A stretch of DNA of 64,000 nucleotides from Eledone cirrhosa (Eukaryota), in assembly GCA_964016885.1 (NCBI GenBank), contig OZ024741.1, positions 6,634,001-6,698,000 of the forward strand, given 5' to 3'. Below, piece after piece: positions 11,681 to 22,930 of this stretch (positions are counted from its first letter, which is position 1; every line of letters begins with the position of its first letter). The position numbers and the translations under genes are program-made. The notes under the pieces are model-generated. The model saw only the letters and a program-made list of their open reading frames with translations, was not told the DNA's origin and ran no database searches.

Positions 11681-12104
11681 ATAGATGTAGCGAGAGACAG
11701 GAGACTATATGGAGTGGAGAGATCACTTAGCCTGCAGTGGATGAGACAGCTTCTGCCACAATGGCACACACTCGGTGCCTCTCATGTAAAATGGTTAATG
11801 AACAGACTGAGACAATGTTGGTGCCATAATCAAGTGGAGACAATATAGAGTAGAGAGGACTGTTCAGTTCTGGCTAAACATATAACTTCTCTAGATAAGG
11901 TGGTTGATATAAGGACAGCATCCAACTGTAGAACCCATGCCAAATATGGAACATGTGAACAACATGAGGTCTCTCTCCCATCTGTCTAATCTCAGGCTGT
12001 GACAGCCTGTCTAACCCATGCCAAATATAATGATTCTGCTCTGCTTATGGTTCGTTGTGTATGCAGTCTCTTTCATGTATATATATATAATCTTTTAATT
12101 CCAG

Positions 12105-12203
12105 GTACCGGTAATACAGTGACAAAAGCAATGAATGTCTTGAAGAATCACAAAGTTAAAGAACAGAATGTGATCTTGTTAAATCTCTTTTGTACTCCAC
12201 GAT
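12105..12203 (+). CDS. UPRT: UPRT homolog, penultimate coding exon (STGNTVTKAMNVLKNHKVKEQNVILLNLFCTPR)
   Basis: ttttaattccAG acceptor, GTAAGT donor, 99 bp. Completes the PRPP-loop-like YPIMSTGNT. Confidence 0.95.
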
Positions 12204-12397
12204 GTAAGTTGTCAATTTTTGTTTTTTGTTCGTGTGACACCTTGGACTTAGTCTAAGTCTATAGTCTACCGCTAGGACTTAGTCTAAGACTATTTTTCTC
12301 CATACTTTGTAACTGTTGTCTGTCTGTCACACCATTCTTCTCTCCATCCTTTGAAACTGTTGTCATTAATTGTTCTATTTTTGTCTTTTTCTCCAAG

Positions 12398-12504
12398 CTG
12401 TCAAATCCCTTATCAACTCATTCCCTGGTATCACCATAGTAACCACCGAAGTTCACCCAGTAGCACCAAATCATTTTGGACAGAAATATTTTGGCACTGA
12501 CTGA
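12398..12504 (+). CDS. UPRT: UPRT homolog, last coding exon (SVKSLINSFPGITIVTTEVHPVAPNHFGQKYFGTD*)
   Basis: Polypyrimidine tract plus AAG acceptor. Ends in the characteristic animal UPRT C-terminus HFGQKYFGTD with TGA at 12502-12504. Confidence 0.96.
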
Positions 12505-12620
12505 ATCAAAGACCAATTCCATGTTTTTCCTGGGTGTTGCTGCTGCTGTTTCTTATATTTCACCATTTCTGTTCCACATGTTTCCAAAACAATGCATTCT
12601 TTAAAGTTCATTTTTTCTGC

Positions 12621-13035
12621 ATGGAGCTCTCTACCACTCAAAATCTGTCAATACTGGAATAGAGCTCTCTACCACTCAAAATCTGTCAATACTGGAATGG
12701 AGCTCTCTACCACACAACATCTATCAATGTTAGAATGGAGCTCTCTACTCCAAATATATATATATATATCAATATTGAAATAGGGCTCTCTACTCCGAAT
12801 ATATATTAAAATAGAGCTCTCTACTACTCAACATCTATCAATGTTAGAATGGAGCTCTCTAACACAGAAGACAGAATATCTAGATTGATATGGAGTTCTC
12901 TACACTGAACATCTACCAGTATTGAAATGGAGCTTTTTACTATTGAAGATCTACCAATATTGGAATGGAGCTCTCTAACACAACATTTATATTGCTATGG
13001 AACTCTCTAACACTGAACATCTATCAGTACTGGAA
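12621..13035. repeat. Degenerate ~38-bp tandem repeat (ATGGAGCTCTCTACCACTCAAAATCTGTCAATACTGGA), about 10 copies, in the presumed UPRT 3' UTR
   Basis: GAGCTCTCTA recurs at ~38-bp spacing (12621, 12659, 12697 and onward). Confidence 0.85.
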
Positions 13036-13379
13036 TGCGATATCTGAAATGGAAAGAAATGATTATTATATATTATTTTCCTTTGATTTATTTATTGGGT
13101 ATTTTCATCTTTAATTTATTTATTGGGTATTTTCCTGCCTTACAGTGGAAATGATTTCTATGAAAAACACATTTCTACTGATTACTTTCACAAAAATATC
13201 ATCCAAATTATTTCCATATTCTGTAGAAAACCAATTTAAATATTTTAAAATAGTGAAAATACTCCAATATACTTTCTTATTCCAGTTGTTGCAAAGGAAC
13301 ACTTTAAAAATATCACAAGTTCTATTTTCATTTAAAAAAAAAAAATCACCATTATCATTATTACAGACCAGTCAGTACT

Positions 13380-13645
13380 TAATCTGAGCTACTGTCTCTT
13401 TAATCTGAGCTATTGTCTCCTTAATCTGAGCTACTGTCTCCTTAATCTGAGCTTCTGTCCCCTTAACTGGAGCTACTGTCTCCCCAATCTGAGCTACTGT
13501 CCCCTTAACTGGAACTACTGTCTCCCCGATCTGAGCTAGTGTCCCCCAATTGGAGCTACTGTCTCTCTAATCTGATATACTGTCTCTTTCCCCCCAATTG
13601 AAACTACTTTCTGCCCACCACCCACAATTGGAGCTACAGTCCTCC
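13380..13645. repeat. 21-bp tandem repeat (TAATCTGAGCTACTGTCTCCT), about 12 decaying copies
   Basis: AATCTGAGCT at 13381, 13402, 13423 and 13444, degenerating rightwards. Confidence 0.88.
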
Positions 13646-14776
13646 CCCTAGGTGGGTTAGGGTATCACATCTCCCTCAATATGTTCCATTTTGTTTTGCA
13701 TGGTTTCTATGCCTGGATGCCCTTCCTCATGTCCACCACTTTACAGAGTGTACTGGGTGTATTTTATTGTGACACCATCACTAGGTTGTTTTGTTACCAT
13801 GTCAACTGCTTTATGGAGTACACCATGTGCCTTTTATAACAACACTGGAGAGACTGTTCTGATGTAAACACCAACACTCAACATAGAAGGGATGCTGTGT
13901 TTAGAGAGGATTCTATGAGAGGTATCACTTTGTTCCAAAGTAAACTTGATCAAGATAGAAGGGAGTGTGGTAGACATAGATGTACATATGATTATTAGTG
14001 TAGTGTAGCTGGGGAGAGAGGCAGTGATGGGGGTGGGGCTACAAGTTTGTTTTTGGAAGGGAATTAAGATAACAGAGCAAGGCATAAAGATCTGCCTGGC
14101 TATATGTAGCATATTTTGTCATAATACAAGAGATTTTGGATTAAAATCAAGGCAAAAAGAGGAAAGGTTATATTATACACAATTACATTTCCAGAAATGT
14201 ATCTTAAGTTACAAGCCATTCAAATATTAAAGTTACCCAAATATGAAATTAATGCTACATTCAAAAGAGACACTCTGTACTAGTATACCAAAATATAAAA
14301 CAAATCTCAAAATCTTCCTTGATTTGAACATGAAAGTAATGAATTTAAAAGATTTTTTTTACAAAAGAGTGTTGTTGAAATAAATATAATTACTTTATAA
14401 TTCTGTAGCTTATTAATAGATAAAAAATGAGAGACTGCTGAAAAATTCCTGGCTAAGAGTAGAGCTGTTACCTTTATAGGGGAGGTATGACCACTGCAAT
14501 AAAGGTGTGAATTTGAGATGGGAATATATTGAATAAGATCATAATTAACTAATCCTCCTGTATTTTTATTTCCCCAAAGCCAGGAACTTTTCAGCACCTC
14601 GTAATCATACCAAAGAGAAAAGTTTGAACAATTTAAAAAATATTTCTAGAAATGAAGTATTTTACGTTTGAATATTTCCGGAAAATTCAAAAACTTGTTT
14701 TAAAATGAGAAATATGACAAGCCTGCTTCACCTTTTACATTCTTGGATGTCATGAGAAGTTGAATATTGTAGAGAA

Positions 14777-14970
14777 ATCATCATCATCACCGTTTTATGT
14801 CCATTCTTCCACGTTAGCATTGGTTAGACGGGTTGTCAGCTGACCTTGTCTTGCTCATACGGAAACTGATTCTGGTTTGATTTCTACAGCTGGATGCCCT
14901 TCCTAACACCAACCTCATTTACAGTGAATGCTGGGTGCTTTTTTTTTGTGGTGCCTACACGACCACTTTG
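14777..14970 (-). mobile_element. RTE-tailed non-autonomous element (family B), partial
   Basis: (CAT)n tail and CAGCTGGATGCCCTTCCTAACACCAACCTCATTTACAGTG module. Confidence 0.8.
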
Positions 14971-14971
14971 T

Positions 14972-15300
14972 AGTGGGATTAACGTTACTCGATAGAGTGC
15001 GTATCTCAGAGGTGAGAGAGTCACTCAAGGTAGAGCCGCTACTTCTTCGAATTGAGAGACTACAGCTCCGATACTATGGACATGTGGTTAGAATGTCTCG
15101 AGGGGGGGAAAGAATTGCTGGACAAATTTTACGAACAAAACCAATTGGCAAAAGACCCAGGGGTAGACCCTGAGCAAGATGGTTGGATAACATCCTTGAG
15201 TTTGGCTGGTCTCACTTGGGGATCCAGTTGAAGAGAGTTGCTTCTGACAGGATCCGCTGGAAGGAGTGTTTGAGGACTCTGCCCACTACAACACTCTCAG
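14972..15300 (+). mobile_element. 3' fragment of a second RTE-like LINE family
   Basis: EPLLLRIERLQLRYYGHVVRM..GKRPRGRP. A homologous fragment lies at about 21100-21350. Confidence 0.75.
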
Positions 15301-15599
15301 GAATTTTTGAAGAACATCGGATGAGTTTACAAATTTACACAGAAATGGCTACCTCGGGGTCATATACACAAGGAAGTAATGTATTTTCATTTTTGTAGCT
15401 TCAGAATGTATTGTACACGAAGAAATACAATATGGCCGTATATGTAATCTGAAGAGGTATCTGTTGAAACTTTGAAGTCACAGAAAATTAAATAAAATCT
15501 TATTCTCTGCTCACATGTATTGAGTGCTCATTCAGTTAATGGTAGAACATTCTATGTACACTTAAAAGCACCCTCTGCACTGTATGTATTGTGTGTGTG

Positions 15600-15765
15600 T
15601 ATCATCACATCATTGTCACTTTAATGTCCGTCCCTCTACGCTAGCATGGGTTAGATGAGTTGTCCCATTGTGCGACAAGTCAAATCAAGTGACCATGTCT
15701 TGTTCACACAGAACTGTTTCTGGTTTGGTTTCTACGGCTGGATGCCCTTCTTATTGCCAACATTT
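15600..15765 (-). mobile_element. RTE-tailed non-autonomous element (family B), partial
   Basis: TACGCTAGCATGGGTTAG tail and CTACGGCTGGATGCCCTTC module. Confidence 0.7.
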
Positions 15766-15794
15766 ACGATAAACGCTCCCTTGTGAATATATTA

Positions 15795-18700
15795 TCGAGC
15801 AGACAAGGGGTGGACGGAGGCTTCGTAAGCTGTAGTGTAGGCAACCCGTCTAGGAGAGCTACCACTCCGAATAAATTGTTGCGAGGTAGAGAAGTCCCCT
15901 AAGTTCAGTAAGACAACTTCCCTAGTGCTGGTGGCATGAATAAAAGCACTGTTCATGCTGTAAAATGGAGGGATAAATAGGGCTCTTGAGTCCAGTAAGA
16001 CAACCTCTCTAGTGCTGGTGGCACGAATAAAAGCACCCAGTCCATGCTGTAAAGTGGTGCTGGTGTTAGGAAGGGCATCCAACCAGTATATAAACTACTG
16101 CCAAACACTATGAATGAAATTTGCAACAACAGCAATAACACTAACCATGTTAGGGCTGCGCACGGTAGTGGGGTGGCTACTGAGGCCATGTGTGAGAACC
16201 CCATGACCGTCATCAAGCAATCGCACAACAGGAAAAAGAACGAGACGTCGCATCTTAATGCTGGCACTCTAACAGGTAGATCTGGTGAAATAGTGGAGAT
16301 GCTGGAGAGAAGGCATGTGGATGTGTGTTGTATGCAAGAGGTGAGATGGAGTGGTGCCTCTGCAAGACTTATCGCAGGCAAACATAGTTATAAGCTTTTC
16401 TGGGTGGGTAATGATGGGTTAGGTGGGGTGGGCATATTACTGGCTGAGAGATGGATCAATAAGACAATAGAGGTAGTTAGAGTTAGTATTAGAATAATTA
16501 AGCTTAGATTAGTTGTAGGCAAGAGACTACTGACAATCATCTCTGCCTATGCTCCCCAGGTAAAGAAGAGAAAGACAGCTTTTACAAACAGCCTCAATGA
16601 CAGGATAGAGACATCATTATGCTAGCAGGGGACTTCAATGGACAGCTCCAGGATGGATACACTGGGGTACATGGTGGGCACGGTTACGGCTCAAGAAATA
16701 GAGTGAATGAGGCTTGAATTTTGTGATGCAAATGCACTAACCATTTGCAACACTAACTTCCAGAAGCCTACCAACCACCTAATAACCTATAAATCAGGCG
16801 AGCACATAAGCCAGATTGACTTCCTGCTAGTTAGACAGCGAGACAGACAGATGGTGTCAAATACTAAGGCATACCCTGGGGAAGAATGTACCCCCACAGC
16901 ATAGGTTAGTCATTAGTGACATCTCAGTGAGAATGAGACATACAGGAAGGTGTGGAACAGAAAGGTCTGGAAGCTAAAAGACCCCTCATTAAAATATAAA
17001 TTTAGCAAAGCCCTTCAAGACATATGACGAAAAAGAAGACGATTTAGAGTTGTATGACATAGACGATAACTGCAATTTCTTACGTGACAACTTACTGCAG
17101 GCTACTGAAGAAACTTGAGGTTGGGGCAGAGCTTCAACAAGACAGTGACCTGGTGGTGGGACAGCATGGTAGATAGGGCCATTAGAGATGGAAGGCTTGG
17201 AAAAATGGTGGGAGTAGGGAAGGATACACAGCCACTAAGAGAGAAGATAGACGTCAGGTGTACTTAACACACAGGGAGGCTGAGAGTAGGAGGTTTGCCA
17301 ATGTTCTGCGACGGGAAGATCAGAGACATGCGGTGTTCCGCATTGCAAGGCAGTGTGTCAATGCAAATCAGGATGTTGTTGAAGATAAATGTGTCTGGTG
17401 TACTTAGTGTCACGAATGATCAAAAAAAGGAGGCCTGGAAATGTCACTATGAGAGACTGATGAATGTGGAGAACGAATGGGACAGAAATTACCCCCAGTA
17501 GACCCAACAGAGGGACCAGCTATTGAGATTGACGAATATAGGGTACAAGAAGCAATTAAAGAAATGAAGAATGGTAAGGCTGCTGGATCGTCGGGGATAG
17601 TTGCTGAGATGCTGAAGGCATCAGGTGAAGTAGGCACTAAACTGGTTGCATGCATCATAATTTCATTTTCATCATCATTTCATTTTACGTCCGCTTTTTC
17701 CTGCTTGCAAGGGTGGGACGGGAACTGATTCTGGCTTGATTTCTACAGCTGGATGCCTTTCCTAACACCAACCTCATTTACAGTGGATGCTGGGTGCTTT
17801 TTTGCCGTGGCACCTCCACGACTACTCTACAGTGGAATGATAGGGACCCCAGTCCCTATCATCTCATTTCTACAGCTGAGAAAACTGGAGCAATGTGAAA
17901 TAAAGTGTCTTGCTCAAGGAAACAACACATCACCCGGTCTGAGAATTGAACTCACAACCTTTCGATTGCAACGCCAATGCTCTAACCACTAAGCCATGTG
18001 CCTCCATCAATCAAGTTATATATGGTAGTATCATACCCAAAGACTGGTGCAGCAGTATTCTCATAAATTGCTACAGAGGTAAAGGGGATGCTCTAGAGGA
18101 GCAATTATAGTGGCATAAAGCTGATGGATCAGGTTATGAAAGTGGCAGAGAGAATATTAACGCAACTGATTAGAGAAAGGGTCAAATTAGATGAGATGCA
18201 GTTTGGTTTTGTGCCTTGGAAAAGTCCAACAGATGCCCACTTCTTAGTGAGGCAACTACAAGAGAAGAATAAACCACTATACTTAGCTTTTGTTGACCTA
18301 GAGAAGGCCTTTGATAGCTTGCACCAGATGACAGATCAGGATACCCTATGTACAGTGGTGCTGTCAGTAAAGTGAGAGGAGGAATTCCAGATACAAGTAA
18401 GTGTACATCAGGGTTCGGTCCTCAGCCCGCTCTTGTTCATTATAGGCCTCCAAGCCATAACAGAAGTTTAAGACTGGCTGTCCATGGGAACTTCTCTATG
18501 CTGATGATCTGGTTCTTATAGCAGAATCAGCAGAGGAGCTAGAGAATAAATTCTGGCTATGGAAACCAGTTGGAATCAAGAGGACTGAGAGTGAACATAG
18601 CTAAGGCAAAAGTGTTGATAAGTAGAAGAGAGGACAATACTCCGATTCCATCGGGGAAATGACCATGTTCGATATGTAGGAAAGGAACTGGCATAAATTC

Positions 18701-19455
18701 CATAAAATGTATGCAATGCAGATCTTGGGTACACAAGAGATGTAGTGGGATAGCAGGCAAACTAACAGGTAGGGAAAACTATGTATGCAGTAGATGTACA
18801 GGGAAAGTTGGCAGTATTAATCGCAGTGATAGACACATTTTTCCAATGCAGGTGGGTTCTATAGAAGTGATTGATAGCTTCGGTACCTTGGTGATCAGAT
18901 TAACATGGGGGGGGGGGGGGTCCGAAGCATAGTATCTAGAATAAGAACGGGTTGGAAGAAGTTTAGGGAACTGCTTCCTTTGTTGACAAAGAAGAGTTTC
19001 TCCCTGCGTATGAAAGGCCGGTTATATGATGCCTGTGTGAGATGCGCGATGCTGCATGGTAGTGAGACATGGTCAGCAACTGCAGAGGATATGCGACAGC
19101 TGGAGAGAAATGAAGCAAGTATGCTCCGTTGGATGTGCGTGAACGACCAAGCATAGACGAGCTGAGAAAGAAACTGGGTATAAGAGGGATAAGTTGTGGT
19201 GTGCAGGAGAGAAGACTGAGATGGTATGGACATGTGATGCGCATTGAGGATGACCGCTGGGGGAAGAAGTGTGAAGAAATCCCAGTAGAAGGTAGACCGC
19301 GAAAAAAACGGGTGGAGGTGGTGAGAGCAGACCTCAGATCGCTGAAACTCACTGAGGAGATGAAGGACCGTGACAAGTGGAGAGATGCTGTGCTGAATAA
19401 GACCCGTCCAACCCTTGCAAGCAGGGAAAAGCGGACGTAAAATGATGATGATGAT
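15795..19455 (+). mobile_element. Near-full-length but inactivated RTE-clade LINE (5' UTR, APE endonuclease, RT, Cys/His cluster, C-terminus, (ATG)n tail)
   Basis: APE motifs LNAGTL, CMQEVRW, SAYAPQ, GDFNG and SQIDFLL. RT motifs QFGF, FVDLEKAFD, HQGSVLSP and YADD. Tail GCGGACGTAAAATGATGATGAT. Many frameshifts and stops. Confidence 0.93.
17659..18005 (-). mobile_element. Full-length tRNA-headed, RTE-tailed SINE (family B) nested in the RTE LINE
   Basis: Interrupts the codons ..VACI|INQVI.. with a short ATCA duplication. Nearly identical to 21662-22003 in reverse. Confidence 0.9.
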
Positions 19456-19639
19456 ATATATATATATATACGTGTGTATCTGTGCCACATTGTCTTGGGG
19501 TTTAAATGGCTTTTATTACCTTGACTAGAGTGAAATATGCAGATGGAAACTGTGCTGTTTTATGTTTGTGCAGTTGGACAAAAAAATGTGTACAATAAAA
19601 TCTTTTCTCTCTGATCAATCTCTGAAGGTTGAACATCAG

Positions 19640-20990
19640 ATGCTCGTAGAATCATTGATGGTGTACCACAGGGGTCTCTTCATAGACTAACACCTTTTCT
19701 AATCTTTATAAATAATCTGCCTGACCACATCTTAAGATCATTTGTTGATATTTATGCAGATAACACCATTTGGACATATATCTAGAAAGTTCTATGACCT
19801 ATCCCTGGCAGCTGATCTCTCTTCTGACTTAGAGCACACTGAAGAAATGAATGGCTTGTTACCTTTAACACCTTGAAAATTAAGCTTCTCGTTTTCTACC
19901 AATGTCTCCAACTTTCCCTGTGTTCATATGAATGGTGCCTTGTTAAAAGAAGCTCTCTGCTTTGAATGACTCTTGGGTCTAAAATTCACTCCAGATCTCC
20001 ATTGGAACTCCTTAACTCAATTAGTTGCCAAAACTTCTGGGAAAATGATAGGTTTCTTCTATTAATAAAGAAAATATGACTATATCTGCAATTTTGTATC
20101 TTAACAAGAGTCAGATTAGACTAAAAATGGAGTATTGTTGCCACATCTAGGGTGGTGCTGCCCAGAGCTCTCTATCTTGTCCAGCTAGAGGTGGTACTAC
20201 CCAGAGCTCTATATCATGTCAAGAGAGAGGTGGTACTGCCCAGAGCTCTCTATCTTGTCCAGATAGAGGTGGTACTGCCCAGAGCTCCCTATCCTGTCAA
20301 GAGAGAGGTGGTACTGCCCAGAGCTCTCTATCTTGTCCAGCTAGAGGTGGTACTGCCCAGAGCTCTCTATCTTGTCCAGATAGAGGTGGTACTCCCCAGA
20401 GCTCCCTATCCTGTCAAGAGAGAGGTGGTACTGTCCAGAGCTCCCTATCCTGTCAAGAGAGAGGTGGTACTGTCCAGAGCTCTCTATCTTGTCAAGAGAG
20501 GTGGTACTGCCCAGAGCTCCCTATCCTGTCAAGAGAGAGGTGGTACTGTCCAGATTTCAATTGCTTCTGTAACCTTGTTGAAGCTGAGCTCTTTTCAGTT
20601 CTCATGCCACCCTTTCACAGATGTCACTTTACAAGCCTAGTATTACTCAATTATTATTTCCATGGGAAATGCTCTGGTGAACTTTAACCCAAAACCCAGA
20701 CTTTCTTTGCTGGGACCCATCTCGCTAAGTCCATTGAAGCTAAGCATCCACACTCTTAGTATTCCTAACATCAGACATAAGTTTCATGGAATCCGTTTCA
20801 TTCCTAGAACCTCATCTCTATGGAACAAACTGCCTAGGATTTCTTTCTTGTGGCTACAACATTGACGTTTTTAAGAAAATTTCCTCTCTCTCACATCATT
20901 TTATCCAGTTAGATTGTTCCCCCTATCTTTTTCTCTATGTTCATCCTGTCATGTAACCCTTAACCTTGAATGGCTTTAAAGCCTTACAAG
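19640..20990 (+). mobile_element. Old CR1/L2-like LINE relic (RT core to 3' end)
   Basis: Degenerate GVPQGS..FLIFINNLPD..IYADNT, then QIRLKMEYCCHI*GGA, YFHGKCS and FIPRTSSLWNKLP. Confidence 0.8.
20150..20555. repeat. 39-bp minisatellite (GAGGTGGTACTGCCCAGAGCTCTCTATCTTGTCCAGCTA), about 10 copies, inside the CR1-like relic
   Basis: Direct tandem periodicity. It gives the 13-aa repeat ORF 20152..20640. Confidence 0.93.
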
Positions 20991-21099
20991 GTGACTATTA
21001 GTACATAAGTATACCAGATTTGAAGAAAATAACTACTGGGGTCAAGACAAGGACCCTACAAGGCTGCATTTTTCATGACAAACATGTAGACAGTGTTTA

Positions 21100-21350
21100 T
21101 ATTGTGAGAGATCACAGCTCCGATACAATGGGAATGTGGTTAGAATGTCTCAAGAAAGAATCAGTGAACAGATTTTATGGGCAAAACCAAATGGCAAGAG
21201 ACCCCGAGTAAGATGGTTGGATAACATCCATGAGATTGACTGGTCTTGCTTGGGGGTCCAGTCAGATCTGTTGGAGACAGCTGCTTCTGACAGGACCCGC
21301 TAGAAGGGGTGTTTGAGGACTCTGCCCCCAAGACGCTTAAGTGGGCAAAG
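21100..21350 (+). mobile_element. Degenerate 3' fragment of the second RTE-like family
   Basis: Homologous to 15050-15290 (ATGTGGTTAGAATGTCTC, GATGGTTGGATAACATCC, GTTTGAGGACTCTGCCC). Confidence 0.7.
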
Positions 21351-21661
21351 AATAAGGTATATAGATATTATACACACTCACACATCAATACTTTATTAAA
21401 TTAAATATACTGCAAAATGAAATATAGTGAGGCAAGTTCATATCCTAATGTCATGAAAGTAATTTAAGATTAAGGTAAGTGATGAACTCCACAACATCTT
21501 CCCAGAATCAAAACTACAGAGTATTTGAGTGTTGGTGTTAAAAATAAAATAAAACTGTTTTATTCATAAGTTGGTACCAGTTTAAATTTGTGCAGGAGCA
21601 TTGTTGTTAACTGTAATAGTCATTTTATTCAATGTTCTAACAGCTCTGCCAATTTGCTGCC

Positions 21662-22003
21662 GGAGTCACATGGCTTAGTGGTTAGAGCATTGGCCTTGCA
21701 ATCGAAAGGTTGTGAGTTCAATTCTCGGACCGGGTGATGTGTTGTTTCCTTGAACAAGACACTTTATTTCACATTGCTCCAGTTTACTCAGCTGTAGAAA
21801 TGAGATGATAGGGACTGGGGTCCCTATCATTCCACTGCAAAGTGGTCATGGAGGTTCCACAGCTAAAAAGCACCCAGCACTCACTGTAAATGAGGTTGGT
21901 GTTAGGAAGGGCATCCAGCTGTAGAAATCAAGCCAGAATCAGTTCCCGTCCCACCCTTGCAAGCAGGGAAAAGCGGAAGTAAAATTATGATGATGATGAT
22001 GAT
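21662..22003 (+). mobile_element. Full-length tRNA-headed, RTE-tailed SINE (family B)
   Basis: A box TGGCTTAGTGG (21671), B box GTTCAATTC (21716), middle GTTGGTGTTAGGAAGGGCATCCAGC, and 3' CCCTTGCAAGCAGGGAAAAGCGG..(ATG)n matching the LINE end at about 19411-19455. Confidence 0.92.
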
Positions 22004-22008
22004 ATATT

Positions 22009-22465
22009 GATAAATTCCGGCCTCAAACACTTACATCTCTCCAAGACAATGTCACTGGACCGAGATCTTTGGCGCTACACAGTAATACAGAAGACTCGCC
22101 TTGCCTAAGTACAAAGCGAAACCTACAGTCAGTAGGCACCCCTAACAAAAATACACCCCCACCCCATCCACACCACCCCTTTCGATGTAAAGTCATGTTG
22201 GTACCACAACATCCAGTCCGAAATAAATGAGGTCGTGTAGGTGTCACGACAAAAAAACACACAGTCCACGCTGTAATGTGGCCATGTAGGTAACACGGTA
22301 AAAACCTCCCAGTCCACACTGTAAACGTGGTTGGTGTTAGGAAGGGCATCCAGCCGTAGAAAATCCGCCAGACAGTCCTATACGAGCAAGACAACCAATC
22401 TTGCCTCAAGTGGGAAAATTCCCATCCAAACCCATGGAAGATGGACGTTAAACGATGATGATGAT
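22009..22465 (+). mobile_element. 5'-truncated RTE 3' end with composite 3' UTR
   Basis: Inverted homolog of 5180-5770. Ends ATGGACGTTAAACGATGATGATGAT. Confidence 0.8.
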
Positions 22466-22885
22466 ATAGTAATAATAATAGATTTGAAGACTAAAATCCA
22501 AAGAGGGCTCGATAAGGATAAATATATATCAAATATATAAGAACCGTAGAGCAAGTATTTATTAAAATAACAGATTAAAGTTTAAGCAAAGAATCGCTGC
22601 TTTCACTCTTAACGGGATCTTCTGAAACTAACAAAGTCAATCTCTAATATATATATATATATACAATTAAGTTAGAAATGTACATCCACATATGTATACT
22701 GAAATACTAGTATGCATATGAATACACACACGTGTACATATGTAGATGTACCGAGTTTTTCACTGGACACTTTACTGTGAGTGTCCAGCTATTCTGTATG
22801 TAAACACACAGGCAAACCGGTTTTTAGAGTCATACTGGTTTTCGAGGAAACACCTTTCCTCTATTCTCCAGAAAGCCAGACAAGG

Positions 22886-22930
22886 AATATTGGACTAGTT
22901 TCGATGTTGTTACATCTCATCAGCAATATT
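22886..22930 (-). ncRNA. Minimal type I hammerhead ribozyme (copy 1)
   Basis: Minus strand reads AAUAUUG-CUGAUGA-GAUGU-aaca-ACAUC-GAA-ACUAGU-C^CAAUAUU. It has a 7-bp stem I, 5-bp stem II, palindromic minimal stem III and GUC cleavage triplet. Confidence 0.88.

Noticed and set aside
21662-21735. tRNA-like sequence with A/B boxes and a GCA anticodon-like loop
   Set aside because: It is the SINE head, continuing into the SINE body in three copies, and its acceptor stem is imperfect.
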